From an uncultured virus (IMG/VR IMGVR_UViG_3300034019_000699) (taxonomy: Duplodnaviria; Heunggongvirae; Uroviricota; Caudoviricetes): a stretch of DNA of 64,000 bases. Location of the stretch: the IMG/VR virus record IMGVR_UViG_3300034019_000699; one strand, written 5' to 3'. Each line of letters opens with the position of its first letter. The first letter of the stretch is position 1. Positions 19,461 through 30,066 of the stretch are shown piece by piece. The notes beneath the pieces were generated by a model that ran no database searches, was not told where the DNA came from, and worked only from the letters and a program-made list of their open reading frames with translations. A program made the translations under genes and the position numbers.

Positions 19461-20340
19461 ATGTCCAGTATACCTTACTTCAGTGGTTTGGTCAAGTTCT
19501 TCCCTTGGTTTTAAACCAAGAGCCTATAAATCCATTGATCACTCTTTGTCTTAGTTCTTCTGCAAATTTACCATGAGGAATTTCTGATCCTAGATACTCT
19601 TGTCCTGTTTCAAGGTCTATTAGTTTCCACTTAGCAGGAGCCTTAGTATGAATAATTAAATCAATTGGCTTGTCGTAGGAATCAACTTCTGATCCATCTT
19701 TAAGTTTTCTTTTGTTAATTTTTTAATCCTACCCTAAGACACTAGAGATACAGTAAAGTGCTTACCACAGACATCAGCAACGATGTATTTTTCATTTTTA
19801 ATGACTATATCGTAATACATTGCTTCTTGATCACAGAAAAAACATTTTGTTTTGGTCATAACCTTATTATATCATGAATAATACTATTTATTATCTGTAT
19901 CTACTTTATCTTTAGGAACCCAGACTTTTTTTCCATCTTTATAGACAGGCCAATAGCCCAAGGCTCTCCAGTCCATCTTCGTAATCTTAGGCTCTCTTGG
20001 CACACCACACCTTGTAATCACTCATAGTTTGATGAGTATCCCAGTACTCAATGTTTTCTTTGTCCATCCCGCAGGTTTTGCAGATCATTGTCTATGCCGT
20101 TTCTTATTGCCAAACTTAGCCTTTATGTCAGCCTTGGCTTTATCCACAATAGCCTTCGTAATCTCTTCAACAGTAAACTCTTGATCAAACTCTGCCTCGT
20201 TCATTTAAATAAATCCAATCCTATGTACCACTTAAATAAGTATAGACCAATCTCCCATTCATGTTTAATTGGATAGCCCCAGTCATGAACATATATTCCT
20301 AAAGAATAGTTGGCAGTCATCTTACCATAATGAAGTTTCA

Positions 20341-20547
20341 TTAGTATCCTCCAAGACACTCATTGCGTGTGTGATATAGTCTAATCTTTGTCAAAATTTT
20401 GCGGGATGGAGCAAACAAATCTTCCTTACAGCATCCACACTTCATATGCCATTCTCTAGCAAAGAAGTCATACACAGCACCCTTAGCGTTGGCGTACTTG
20501 TTGGCTACAAAGGTTTGAAATGGATCTGGTATTTCCATGTTTATCAT
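20341..20547 (-). CDS. hypothetical Cys/His protein
   Basis: CGCC...HTRNECLGGY. Confidence 0.55.
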   Translation of the reverse strand: MINMEIPDPFQTFVANKYANAKGAVYDFFAREWHMKCGCCKEDLFAPSRKILTKIRLYHTRNECLGGY

Positions 20548-20586
20548 ATATACATTGTATCTAATATATAACTATAAGTCAAGCCT

Positions 20587-21393
20587 TTATTCATAATGTT
20601 TATTTAACCAATCATTCTCTTTATATCTTGTTATGCTGTTGCCAACGACATAATTATCATATTTTTCTTTTCTTATTTGTGTCATTTCATCAACTGTATA
20701 GTCTATGATTTCAGATGACCAGGACTCATTCTTAATTGGAATTACCTGTGCATAAGGTGTACCTGCTGGGATTGTCCCATACCAGCCATCTTTAATGTAA
20801 AAAGGATAGTTTCCAGAAACTAAATACTTTGTTGCGGCATCGCTAAAGCCTGATATAGTTTTAAATGGAAGATCCTGTATGTTTATTGGGTGCGTAAAGA
20901 ACACAGTGTACCCTTTTGGAACTTCAAACCACCATGTTGGTCTCCAAACAAGAGTATATGGAGAGTAACCATCTGGGTGTGGTAAACCATCTTCAATCCC
21001 CCTATAGTCGCAAAAGCCTCTTGCTGGTCCACAATCTTTCCATTTTTCATCATACTCTATCATAGATTTTCCTCTTTGATGGTGATGAAGTCCTTCTTGA
21101 ATAGAACCATCATTTGGCTTAACCATTATATCGCAAGGAGTAAATAGATAATATCCAGACATAAAAATATCTAGCATTGCTGGACACGATTTCCAGGTTG
21201 GCATTCTATGAATTTTATCTCCATACCTATACAACTGATAAGTACCATCTTGATTTTTTTTAAACTTTTCTTTATCTAAAAACCATTGGGGAATATTATC
21301 TTTGACTGGCTCTGGCCTATAGTCCTTAGTAGTATTATTTGATGGGTGATATGAATGAAATTTTATTACATTGCTCATAACTAATTGTACCAA
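20587..21393 (-). CDS. conserved phage protein (TWKxCPA...IPAGTP family), paralog of 58804-59571
   Basis: Shared TWK.CPA.D, TPCD, P.GY...FT.P.N..DLPF and IPAGTPY.QV.P. Confidence 0.7.
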   Translation of the reverse strand: MVQLVMSNVIKFHSYHPSNNTTKDYRPEPVKDNIPQWFLDKEKFKKNQDGTYQLYRYGDKIHRMPTWKSCPAMLDIFMSGYYLFTPCDIMVKPNDGSIQEGLHHHQRGKSMIEYDEKWKDCGPARGFCDYRGIEDGLPHPDGYSPYTLVWRPTWWFEVPKGYTVFFTHPINIQDLPFKTISGFSDAATKYLVSGNYPFYIKDGWYGTIPAGTPYAQVIPIKNESWSSEIIDYTVDEMTQIRKEKYDNYVVGNSITRYKENDWLNKHYE

Positions 21394-21514
21394 ATTGTAT
21401 CAGGGTATGTCAAGCAAGTATGGCTGTAAGAAGAACAACGGCAACAACTAATATAAGTAAGTATTTAACGCCCTTTTCGGCTTTTTCTGTATTCATATAA
21501 CTATTATACCCTAT

Positions 21515-21754
21515 TTAAAGTTCTACGCTTTCTGTCCATATTAAACCACATTTGGTGCAGGTAATACCAGCATCTCTCATGTAGAAGGTATGTTTGCATG
21601 GAGCAAAGACAGTGTGATCCTTGTAGCCTTTATTGCGTTGTTGAATCTTAAACTTTCCATTCGGGTCATGGACATGGCACAAACCATTTTTGCGAAAATC
21701 CTCAACATCTATGTTGCAAGGAGTTTTCTTTTTGGTTAGTGCTTTACATCTCAT
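21515..21754 (-). CDS. small zinc-binding protein
   Basis: RCKALTKKKTPC...CHVH; CTKC. Confidence 0.55.
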   Translation of the reverse strand: MRCKALTKKKTPCNIDVEDFRKNGLCHVHDPNGKFKIQQRNKGYKDHTVFAPCKHTFYMRDAGITCTKCGLIWTESVEL

Positions 21755-21802
21755 AAATCAAGTATCTCAGATTTTGCGGGGGATGTCAAGTATAATAGAA
21801 CT

Positions 21803-22114
21803 ATGACCCTACTATATATACTCTATAGCCCCATATACAAGGCTATCAAGATAGGTATATCAGATGTCTCAGGCAGAAGGTTTGCAAGCCATAGGACCAA
21901 GGGTTGGATATTGATCAAGTATTGGGCATTTTCCGAACGGGATATGGCAAGAAGAGTCGAATCTACAGTACTAAAAACACTAAGGGAAAGATATGGTTAC
22001 TTTCTGGATAAGGCGGATATGCCTCAAAATGGATACACAGAGACCTTTGATGCTTCAAAGATAACCCGTAGGGCTTTGATCCGTATGGTTAACAAAACCA
22101 TAAAAAGTATTTAA
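21803..22114 (+). CDS. GIY-YIG/T5orf172-like nuclease-domain protein
   Basis: LYILY...IKIGIS...RR...E...GYTETF; leaderless TATAAT. Confidence 0.7.
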   Translation: MTLLYILYSPIYKAIKIGISDVSGRRFASHRTKGWILIKYWAFSERDMARRVESTVLKTLRERYGYFLDKADMPQNGYTETFDASKITRRALIRMVNKTIKSI

Positions 22115-22117
22115 TAT

Positions 22118-22726
22118 TTATATTTTTTCAATGCTTATATTGACAACCATGCTAAGCCTGTAGTCATGATGTTTTGGGTGTTCCCAGGTGTGAAAATAGT
22201 CTCCATCAAAAATTACTGCATGGCCTGCACCTGGAGAAAACCTTTTTTTCTCTAAGAGTTCTTCTTGAGTGTGTGGATGACCATCTGCTTTTAAATCAAA
22301 CATTATAGTATCTCCATCAGAGTCGTTAACAAAAAATAAAAAAATATAGTGTTTTTCTTTTCCTCTAAGATCTACATGAGGCATTGTAGGTCTTGGGTCA
22401 TTAGACATAAAGGTCATGTTAGTTCTAGTCCTATATATCTCTAAAAGTTTAAAGCCATGCTTTAGACAAAATTTTTCTACTAGCATTTTTGCCATCGGTC
22501 TTAATTGATCTGGAATGTGTAGATGATTATTTCCAGAAATCATTATAAGTCTATCAAAAAACCTATCACCAGTTATTCCAGTTATCCCATCCTCAGATGT
22601 TCCAATGGTATTATTTGGATCAAAATTAAATGGTGCCTGAGATATCTCTAAAAAAACACTATTTAACTCTTCTTTAGTTAAAAACTCTGTGTCGATAATA
22701 TAATCTGGAAAATTATTATCTATCAA
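22118..22726 (-). CDS. 2OG-Fe(II) oxygenase
   Basis: PHVD...FVNDSDGDT...FDGDYFH...R. Confidence 0.75.
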   Translation of the reverse strand: MIDNNFPDYIIDTEFLTKEELNSVFLEISQAPFNFDPNNTIGTSEDGITGITGDRFFDRLIMISGNNHLHIPDQLRPMAKMLVEKFCLKHGFKLLEIYRTRTNMTFMSNDPRPTMPHVDLRGKEKHYIFLFFVNDSDGDTIMFDLKADGHPHTQEELLEKKRFSPGAGHAVIFDGDYFHTWEHPKHHDYRLSMVVNISIEKI

Positions 22727-22796
22727 TTTTTACCCCTAATTCTTGCTTAACCAACAGTTTAAATTATATCACAATGCCTCACTTAAAGGTATCCAA

Positions 22797-22910
22797 TATC
22801 ATGATAAGTCAGATATGCCACAGGGGGGGTATACAGAAACATTTGATGCTAGTAGGATAACTCGTAAGGGTTTAATCCGTATGGTCAATAAGTTAATTAA
22901 AGATCAGTAA
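22797..22910 (+). pseudogene. 3' remnant of a second GIY-YIG-like gene
   Basis: Reads DKSDMPQGGYTETFDASRITRKGLIRMVNK versus DKADMPQNGYTETFDASKITRRALIRMVNK in 21803-22114. Confidence 0.8.
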
Positions 22911-23481
22911 ATCCTGCTCTTTTTAAAATGCCCCAATATTCTTTTGAATATACAAACCCAGAATAGGCTATCCTATCTTTGCCAATAACTTGTTTCACTG
23001 CATGACTGTACTCTTCGCTTGCTGGAAACACAATGAGAGTTCCTTTTTTAGGCATAAACTCAATTGGCTTATGCTCAAAGACTAACTCGCCTCCAGAGTA
23101 TCCATCATTTAAATATAACACAACTCCAAGAGTAATCCATCTTGATTCGTAATCGCATTCTGGGTGATTCTCGTAATGATATCCTAGCGCTAGGTGGTCA
23201 GATGTGGCTGGGCTGTACTTAGTCAGCATGTTTGTTCGTCTTAGTTTTTGATTTTCGTCATCAGTTACGAACCTAATCTTATCTTCTATGTTTTCTTTAA
23301 AATATTTAATTGATTCTTCTGACTTAAAAACAGATGTGTATATCTTTTCGTGCTGATCGTCTGCACCTCTTAACTTCCACTCTATGTCAGATGTAAGAAG
23401 TTCGTCGATTTCGGATTCGGCGATAAAATTGTCGATATAAAAAATGTTTTCTTCTATGTATGTTTTTTCGTGAATGTCCAT
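22897..23481 (-). CDS. 2OG-Fe(II) oxygenase
   Basis: YHYE...LYLNDGYSGGEL...HAV...R. Confidence 0.85.
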   Translation of the reverse strand: MDIHEKTYIEENIFYIDNFIAESEIDELLTSDIEWKLRGADDQHEKIYTSVFKSEESIKYFKENIEDKIRFVTDDENQKLRRTNMLTKYSPATSDHLALGYHYENHPECDYESRWITLGVVLYLNDGYSGGELVFEHKPIEFMPKKGTLIVFPASEEYSHAVKQVIGKDRIAYSGFVYSKEYWGILKRAGFTDL

Positions 23482-23567
23482 ATAATTTAATTATAGCATA
23501 GGGTCTTTAGAGTTCGGCGCAAAATAGAGATAACAAACCTTCCCATGCCCTAAAAGGGCAATATCGG

Positions 23568-23771
23568 TTAGTATTCTGTATCTGGCGCTTTACATTTACG
23601 AAGATAGTCCGCTCCATAATGATCTAGCATAAATAGGGTGATCTCAGCCTTATCGTTTGTAACCACAAAATCGTTACATTTATGGCAGTCCATTAATAGT
23701 CTTTCTTTTAGGGGTATTTCCCAGTCTACCTTATTGTCCAAATATTTGCGGGGATCAAAAGGTTTCATCAT
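23568..23771 (-). CDS. hypothetical protein
   Basis: 67-aa ORF with CxxC. Confidence 0.45.
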   Translation of the reverse strand: MMKPFDPRKYLDNKVDWEIPLKERLLMDCHKCNDFVVTNDKAEITLFMLDHYGADYLRKCKAPDTEY

Positions 23772-23816
23772 AATACCTATTATTCATATATCAATTATAC
23801 ATGATAGAATCAGGGT

Positions 23817-24137
23817 ATGAATAATGAAGTAAGACATATAGGTAGTAAAGTCATTATAGATATCGCTAATGCCGAAGATAGTCTAAGTGAAAGAAAGCCC
23901 CAAGGATGTAAGGCAAATGCCACCAATAGCCATGATGGCCAATGGGGTAAGATAGGGTTTTGCCCATGTGGAGAGTATATTGCTCATCAGAGCGATAGGC
24001 CATGCAAGGTTGCTGACACTATAACCAATGAGGAGTTTCTTCCTAAGCCAGATAACTGTACATGTAGGACAGAGGCATGTCCATGTGGTTCATTTGTGTC
24101 ACATAAGGCCATTGATCCATGTACCGCCAAAGAATAG
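23817..24137 (+). CDS. Cys-rich protein with two CPCG modules
   Basis: TGATAGAAT leaderless promoter; CPCG...H...PC twice. Confidence 0.6.
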   Translation: MNNEVRHIGSKVIIDIANAEDSLSERKPQGCKANATNSHDGQWGKIGFCPCGEYIAHQSDRPCKVADTITNEEFLPKPDNCTCRTEACPCGSFVSHKAIDPCTAKE

Positions 24138-24302
24138 GCTACTGGGACTCTGATAGGCCTTCGTAATACTCTGCAGATGCCTCAATAATCTGGTTTGCTA
24201 ATTTGATAGACAGGGCATCTTTATGCTTACCCTTTAAATGATCGTATAAGATGTCTGCAATAATCTCATGTAAGTTCATACCTACCCATTATAGCATTAT
24301 AG

Positions 24303-24958
24303 TTATCCACAGGCAAAACGATAATTTAGATAGGCTGAATTAGCCGAATTTCCAATCCCAAGCAGGATTATCTGGTAATCCCGTTACGTTTCCTGATCCC
24401 CCAGTTGATGGGTTCATGTGAACATGTGGTGCAAACATTGCGTGGTTCACATAGTGTTCATGATGCCAAGCCCAATGTGCGCCCATTGTAGTATCACTAA
24501 GAAGAATTAGAGCATAACATATACCACATAAGCCCACTGGTCCGACATAACCAAAATTAGGATTAGGGTTTTCAAATACAACTTGGCATGAAGATTTGAA
24601 CGCTTCCCAATCTCCAGTTATTAGATCACTCATTTTACTATTGTATCATATTAGGGTTTGTCAATATCCACCATATGGGGAGGTGTCTGGTGTATCGTAA
24701 TGTTTATATACCCTGGCATTTTGGACACTGCTTCGTAATGTCTTTTGTACCATAGGCTACTTGGAACATAGCCCCACAGTCAAAGCATAGGACATCTAAC
24801 ATTATCCAGTCATCCTAATTTGTTGGAGATAGGCCATATAGTTAAGAAAGATAAATAGGCCAAGCATTATGATCAGAAAAGGTTTCATGGTTTAATTATA
24901 GCAGTTATCCACAGGTTTGATAGCATAAAAATGTTAGTTATCCACAGGTTTATCCACA
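24303..24958 (+). promoter_or_regulatory. DnaA boxes (4)
   Basis: TTATCCACA at 24303, 24905, 24938, 24950. Confidence 0.65.
24340..24633 (-). CDS. hypothetical His/Cys protein
   Basis: TGATACAAT leaderless promoter; CGIC...HWAWHHEH. Confidence 0.55.
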   Translation of the reverse strand: MSDLITGDWEAFKSSCQVVFENPNPNFGYVGPVGLCGICYALILLSDTTMGAHWAWHHEHYVNHAMFAPHVHMNPSTGGSGNVTGLPDNPAWDWKFG

Positions 24959-25726
24959 GATAAATGTTACTGATTATTTAAATAGATAGTCTAGAAGTGG
25001 AGTGAAGTGGAGGATAGTGGAGAATGGCGCACTTTTATAGAAGGCGTTCGTAATGCCAAACCACCAAACCTCACACCTCCAAACCTCATACCACATATGC
25101 CCGATATTGTCAAACCTCACATCCCATTGTAAGGTTTGGGCATTATACATGCAAAACCTTGGTTTGTCAAGTCCTTGTATGCATGATTTTGCCCATAAAA
25201 AATCTCCCAAAACCAGGGAGAAATTGTCGATAATCGTAATGTTATTTTATAAAACCAATATGAAATTTATAGAAAACCAGGATAAAAGGTTTGTTATTCT
25301 ATAGGGGGTTGTTTTGTTCTTCTTGATCCCCCGCAATTTGCGACGGCATTGGGTAAGGCGCATCAATGATAGTACTATTAACGATTTCGGCAGGGGATCT
25401 AAAGAAAGGAAAGAACACCTTTAAGGTTACTATACTATATAACATACCTGTTATAGTACCTACTTTGTTTTCAATACGCTTTTCCATATCTCTTTCTTTT
25501 TCAGAGACATGATAGTGGTTTGAATATAGTTTAGCAAAGTGGTGTGGCATATATTAATTATACACCTGGTTTGACAAACCAAGGTTTCTATGGTATAAGG
25601 TTTGGGGATATAAAGGTTTGGATCGTAATGCTTCAGTGGGGGCTACGGTTTTGGGGTTCGTAATGTCTTTTCGTAATAAGGTTTAGAGGTTTGGTACTTG
25701 ACAAATATCCAAAAATATGTCACGTG
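24690..25726. repeat. low-coding region rich in TCGTAATG and AGGTTT/AAACC short repeats
   Basis: About six TCGTAATG and more than 15 GGTTT/AAACC occurrences in about 1 kb. Confidence 0.55.
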
Positions 25727-25732
25727 CGCTTT

Positions 25733-25996
25733 TCACTCATCATCTTCTAAAAGATCGGTGATATCTTCAAACCCTGTATCCTCAATATCTAAACCTAAGA
25801 TAAGCAGATCAAATGATTCGTTTATATATTTCTCTAGTGTTGGTGTGCTATTAATTATCCCCTCGGCATATGCAAAAGCAAGTGGCAAACCAAGATCATT
25901 GTATACAAAGAAATCTGCCAACTCTTCATCATCTTTATAATTTAACCAGAGTTGTCCTAAGATCAGGGCCTTACTTTCAAAAGTTGTTTTTGGCAT
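25733..25996 (-). CDS. hypothetical protein
   Basis: 87 aa, acidic C-terminus; overlaps upstream ORF. Confidence 0.65.
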   Translation of the reverse strand: MPKTTFESKALILGQLWLNYKDDEELADFFVYNDLGLPLAFAYAEGIINSTPTLEKYINESFDLLILGLDIEDTGFEDITDLLEDDE

Positions 25997-26183
25997 AATT
26001 TGTACCTTCCTTAGTCTCTTTGGCTGATTCTGCTATTACCTGTAATCTATTATACACGACATTGGGTTGGGACTTTGCTAAGTATTCCCCCACTAATTCC
26101 AAATCAACTCTGAGGTCGGAAATCTCATTGCCAAGTTTATTAGCAACCTTTTCCTCCGCTGTCAGTATTCGTCTTATACGCAT
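25977..26183 (-). CDS. hypothetical protein
   Basis: GGAGGAGG SD. Confidence 0.7.
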   Translation of the reverse strand: MRIRRILTAEEKVANKLGNEISDLRVDLELVGEYLAKSQPNVVYNRLQVIAESAKETKEGTNYAKNNF

Positions 26184-26271
26184 AGTCCTCCTCCATTATC
26201 TATTGTATCAAAAAGTAGGGGAAAGGGCAACCCCACGCTGCCCCTCCCCTGTAGGTCTAGGAGACCCAGTC

Positions 26272-26637
26272 CTAGACCTGCTCAACTAAAACTTTTGGAG
26301 CATATGCATTAATAAAGTCAACCCAGCCAATAACATTTCTATTATTGTCAATGATAGTTTCTTTAGCAATGTCGATGACTACCGTCGTTTCCCCCAGGTC
26401 ATAGTTACTCCCAGTGATTGAATAAATTCCAAACCCTGTCTCATCAAGAATAGAATCTTGCATAAGGTAACTAATCATCATACGATTGAAGTAAGCATAG
26501 TCTGACCACCTAGGCTTTGCATGCTGCAGGGCCATTGCTAGGTCCCGCTGCCATTCAGTCTCACCCCAGTGGCTATATAGGACCACATGGGCCTCATCTT
26601 CAACATCCTTAAATACAAAATTAATACGGGCTCCCAT
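26272..26637 (-). CDS. conserved phage hypothetical protein
   Basis: MGARINF...LYSHWG; AGGAG SD. Confidence 0.7.
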   Translation of the reverse strand: MGARINFVFKDVEDEAHVVLYSHWGETEWQRDLAMALQHAKPRWSDYAYFNRMMISYLMQDSILDETGFGIYSITGSNYDLGETTVVIDIAKETIIDNNRNVIGWVDFINAYAPKVLVEQV

Positions 26638-26782
26638 TAGTCATTCTCCTTAAAAGATACGATTGATAGTTGGCTTAGTACTTCATTGAGCAGCGCTTCT
26701 TCATCTTCTGCCTCTGCTTCATATCTAAATGTCATGTAATCGCCTGTTGGCTCAAAGATAACTTCTACTTTAAATTCTGACA

Positions 26783-27106
26783 TTATTCAATCTCACCTTC
26801 GAAATCAATAACTACCTTGCTAACTCGTCCGTCCTCGTTGAGTTGAACATAGACAGGGTAAAGTCCGTCACCATAGCCTGTGTTGAATACAACAGCAGAA
26901 CCGATACCAAGTTCGCCATAAGAATTAGAAATGGTTGTGGCGCAAGCGCCGTGATAAGAATAGTCGCCTTGCTTTCCGTCTAACTCGAATGCTTCTCCGT
27001 CATTGGTATTCCATTGGTCAAGGTAGCAGGGGTCGCCTACCATTGCTTGTCCGCTATCTACCGCAAATGAACCTGCTAATACAAGTTCGTCTAATACATA
27101 CTTCAT
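26783..27106 (-). CDS. DUF4241-like protein
   Basis: VDSGQAMVGDPCY...TGYGDGLYPVY. Confidence 0.7.
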   Translation of the reverse strand: MKYVLDELVLAGSFAVDSGQAMVGDPCYLDQWNTNDGEAFELDGKQGDYSYHGACATTISNSYGELGIGSAVVFNTGYGDGLYPVYVQLNEDGRVSKVVIDFEGEIE

Positions 27107-27558
27107 TGGGTCTCCTTTATTGTTAGTCCTACTAAGGTCATTTCATCAAGTGTAGCACATTCTGTGCATTTTTCCAAATCGTGGTCTTGGAAGGAATCTC
27201 TAATAAGATTATCAGGGTCTTCCAGTTCAGCATGGCAGTTCTCACAGAAGTACCAGTTATAGCCAATACGGATTTGAATGGTAGTGTCAGGTGGGCACGG
27301 TACCTCAGTAATGAAGTATCCTAATCTATTTACAAATCCCCAGCCAGACCAGATATAGGAGCCACCGTCATCGCCATCCCCATACATCCAGATTTTGTCA
27401 GGGGATTGAGATTTAACAAACTCTACCTCATCACCATATGTCTCAAACATAATGCCACCCTCCCCATTATCAAATGAGGCATTTGGGTCTATATGATTAG
27501 TGATTGGTTTGTATGTAGTTAGCCATTCATCAAATTCCATTTCAATAAACTTATCCAT
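27103..27558 (-). CDS. hypothetical protein with C-terminal CxxC pairs
   Basis: FETYG...GFVNRLGYFITE; CENC, CTEC. Confidence 0.65.
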   Translation of the reverse strand: MDKFIEMEFDEWLTTYKPITNHIDPNASFDNGEGGIMFETYGDEVEFVKSQSPDKIWMYGDGDDGGSYIWSGWGFVNRLGYFITEVPCPPDTTIQIRIGYNWYFCENCHAELEDPDNLIRDSFQDHDLEKCTECATLDEMTLVGLTIKETQ

Positions 27559-27823
27559 TTTTCTTAGCCCTATCACTAATAGCAAAGGATAGTTGATATG
27601 TTAGGGCATATACCCATGACAGAGCGTCCATTTGGCCTTCCCAGTATTTACGCTCCATAGAATCCATTGCCTCTTCTGTATATTCTTCTTGCTCAACAGC
27701 GGCATTGTATTCTTTTTCAGCCTCAAGCATGAGGTTCTTAAGTTCACCATGGAGGATGTCTGTGCCTGATTCTCCAAGGTCAATGAGTTTCTGTAGTCGT
27801 GGTTCTAGGTCTGTTGTCATCAT
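27551..27823 (-). CDS. hypothetical acidic protein
   Basis: ATG 6 nt after TATACT of the 27830 promoter. Confidence 0.65.
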   Translation of the reverse strand: MMTTDLEPRLQKLIDLGESGTDILHGELKNLMLEAEKEYNAAVEQEEYTEEAMDSMERKYWEGQMDALSWVYALTYQLSFAISDRAKKNG

Positions 27824-28029
27824 TACTCTAGTATACCCTCGGCCACTGACAAAATGTGGGAGGTGGCAATCATCTGTCCATTTAGAGATATATCCTCTAT
27901 CTCCAAGTCCCAGTATTCATCTGAGTTCATATCTTCAATTAGTATCATTTCAGATTTGAGTTTCTCAGAATCTTGCTCCAGCGATAGGAGGTGCAGTTTC
28001 ATGTATTCTTTAAGTGTGTTTAGGTCCAT
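27823..28029 (-). CDS. hypothetical acidic protein
   Basis: 68-aa ORF coupled to its neighbours. Confidence 0.55.
   Translation of the reverse strand: MDLNTLKEYMKLHLLSLEQDSEKLKSEMILIEDMNSDEYWDLEIEDISLNGQMIATSHILSVAEGILE
27830..27851 (-). promoter_or_regulatory. RecA-NDp/PafBC-type promoter
   Basis: TGTCAG-TGGCCGAGGG-TATACT. Confidence 0.7.
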
Positions 28030-28032
28030 ATA

Positions 28033-28272
28033 TTAATTATAGGGGTTTGAGTTGATTTTTACAACTTGGCGGGGTGTGACTTTAATCACAGGTTCATAGT
28101 CAGGGGTAGGATCCTCATCTACATGTGTAACAGTAGCATCCCATTTGCTTAATAGGATTACATGAGATGATGCATGGCAAATGCAGGCGGGATCAATCTG
28201 AGGCTCAACTGATGCAGTAATCTCTATAAGAGCATCACAGTCAGTACATAGATAAGTAAACTTAGTCCACAT
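28033..28272 (-). CDS. small zinc-ribbon-like protein
   Basis: YLCTDCD...CIC. Confidence 0.55.
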   Translation of the reverse strand: MWTKFTYLCTDCDALIEITASVEPQIDPACICHASSHVILLSKWDATVTHVDEDPTPDYEPVIKVTPRQVVKINSNPYN

Positions 28273-28509
28273 TAGCAGTCCTCACAAGTAGTATCGCCAT
28301 AGGTAATAGATACTCCACAGTCAGAGCACCAGGATTCATCATACATTCCCATTACTCACCCCAATACTTTATAATAGTATTCATAGTCATATGGAGATTA
28401 CAATCGCAATCCCCACCATTCATGTTCTCCATGAATTCAAAGTGCGATAGGTTGTCCTCATAGATTTCTGTTACCAGTTCATCTATGGTGTATGGTTTGT
28501 GGGTTGTGG

Positions 28510-28740
28510 TCATACTGTACAAGACTCCTGACATATGTGATAGGCTTTTAGAGATGATACTGTCAATTCTAACATTTCGTCAGGGTATCTGTCAAGCACC
28601 CAATTAAGTGCTTCACCAGCAGTATTGAAGTCAGAGGCAGTGCTACTTTCTCCATAGCCTTGTATAGTTGCTTCCCAGCAGTCAACGCCACCAGGGGAGC
28701 AGGAGTATTCCATTTCGTATATTTCTACATTTAGGGTCAT
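28510..28740 (-). CDS. hypothetical protein
   Basis: Leaderless behind TTGACA-N17-CATAAT (28747-28775). Confidence 0.6.
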   Translation of the reverse strand: MTLNVEIYEMEYSCSPGGVDCWEATIQGYGESSTASDFNTAGEALNWVLDRYPDEMLELTVSSLKAYHICQESCTV

Positions 28741-28900
28741 GTATTAATTATGACAGGAATCCTGGGAAATGTCAAGTCTATCGTAAAGATTTTTTGGTTT
28801 GATATTTTTGGGGATTTTTAATAGTCTTCGTAAAGATTTTTTAATTTGACATTTTTATGTCCGATATGTCTGAATTGTCCACACGTGCGGATTTTCTTTG

Positions 28901-28976
28901 CGATTCCGATGGGATTTGAACCCACGATCTCTACAGTGACAGTGTAGCGATTTAAACCAGACTAATCTACGGAACC
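28901..28976 (-). tRNA. tRNA-Asp(GTC)
   Basis: GGTTCCG...CTACA-CTGTCAC-TGTAG...GGTTCAAATCC...CGGAATCG. Confidence 0.9.
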
Positions 28977-28983
28977 AAATGGT

Positions 28984-29010
28984 GAGCAGTTTTTATTCTT
29001 ACTCAGGAAT
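28984..29010 (-). ncRNA. pseudoknot motif, copy 3
   Basis: ATTC-CTGAGTAA-GAAT-AAAAAC-TGCTC. Confidence 0.6.
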
Positions 29011-29018
29011 TTTTTTAA

Positions 29019-30035
29019 TTATGCAATCTGCAAAACATTTTGCACAACTTTTAGCAAACGATTCTTTTCTGCATTGATAGCAGGGTCAAATCCGCTTGCG
29101 CTTGCAAGGATAGATTCGTTAGAACCACCACGAGCAGAACGATACCAATCAAGGCGTTCAGTTAGTGCATTGAAAGCACCCCACGCATTACCAGCAATCA
29201 TTCCATTGAATTCGCCAGTGTAGATGTCATTGATAACATCAACCTTGTTTTCCCATTTCTTGAAAGCACCCTTAGAATCTTTTTCAGGCTTAGGGTATGC
29301 AGCAAGAATGATGTTGTTGAAATCTTGTGCGGTGATTTCTTTTTGAATCATAGCGTTAGCCATAACATCAAAAGAGTCCATGTACTTATGGGCAAGACCC
29401 AAAGTTTCACGAGCAACGGCAACCTTACCAGAAGCGGTCTGAGTGTGGCGAATCTTGAAAGATTGCTTGACACCATTCTTTTTCTTAGTAGTGTTTAGTG
29501 CAAGGTTAAGAGTGTTAGCGCATACAACACGAACAGGTGTGATACTTGCTTGAATAGCGATTGAGCCATCGTGTGATGTATTGATAAGTAGATAAGTCTT
29601 GACCTTATCTGCAACACCGCTAGGGTCTAAGATTGTTTCACGCTCTAGTGCTAATGCACCGAATACGACACGACCACCCTTGATTGAACCAGCGGTTTCC
29701 CAACGACCTCCGCCATCGAGAATGTTATCACCGAATGAAAATAAATCTTCATTCTGCATAACATGATAACGCTCACCAACGACACCAAGAATGTCGGTCT
29801 GAGAGTTGTCAGTAGGATTGGTACGCAATACATACTGATAGTTTTTGTCACTTGTTAAGTGTGATGGGGTTTCCAAATCCTCAAGACGAACATTCCAATT
29901 AGAAAGGCTTGCTAGGTCTAGCATTTCTTTTGTTGTTTTTTCCTCTGTGAATACGGTACCCAATCCATGCCAAGCGGGTTCACGAAATGATGCGAATGAA
30001 GCCTTACCATTTTGTGTTTCGATTTCATGTGCCAT
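29019..30035 (-). CDS. DUF932 family protein
   Basis: MAHEIE...PAWHGLG...ETAGSIKGG...NTSHDGS...TPVRVVCANTL...IRHT; AAAAAGGAG SD. Confidence 0.88.
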   Translation of the reverse strand: MAHEIETQNGKASFASFREPAWHGLGTVFTEEKTTKEMLDLASLSNWNVRLEDLETPSHLTSDKNYQYVLRTNPTDNSQTDILGVVGERYHVMQNEDLFSFGDNILDGGGRWETAGSIKGGRVVFGALALERETILDPSGVADKVKTYLLINTSHDGSIAIQASITPVRVVCANTLNLALNTTKKKNGVKQSFKIRHTQTASGKVAVARETLGLAHKYMDSFDVMANAMIQKEITAQDFNNIILAAYPKPEKDSKGAFKKWENKVDVINDIYTGEFNGMIAGNAWGAFNALTERLDWYRSARGGSNESILASASGFDPAINAEKNRLLKVVQNVLQIA

Positions 30036-30066
30036 GAGTTTTCTCCTTTTTTGTTGTTGAATTTTA

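Noticed and set aside
20140..20148. Isolated TTATCCACA
   Set aside because: Single, apparently inside a small minus-strand ORF and without the companion motifs; probably chance.
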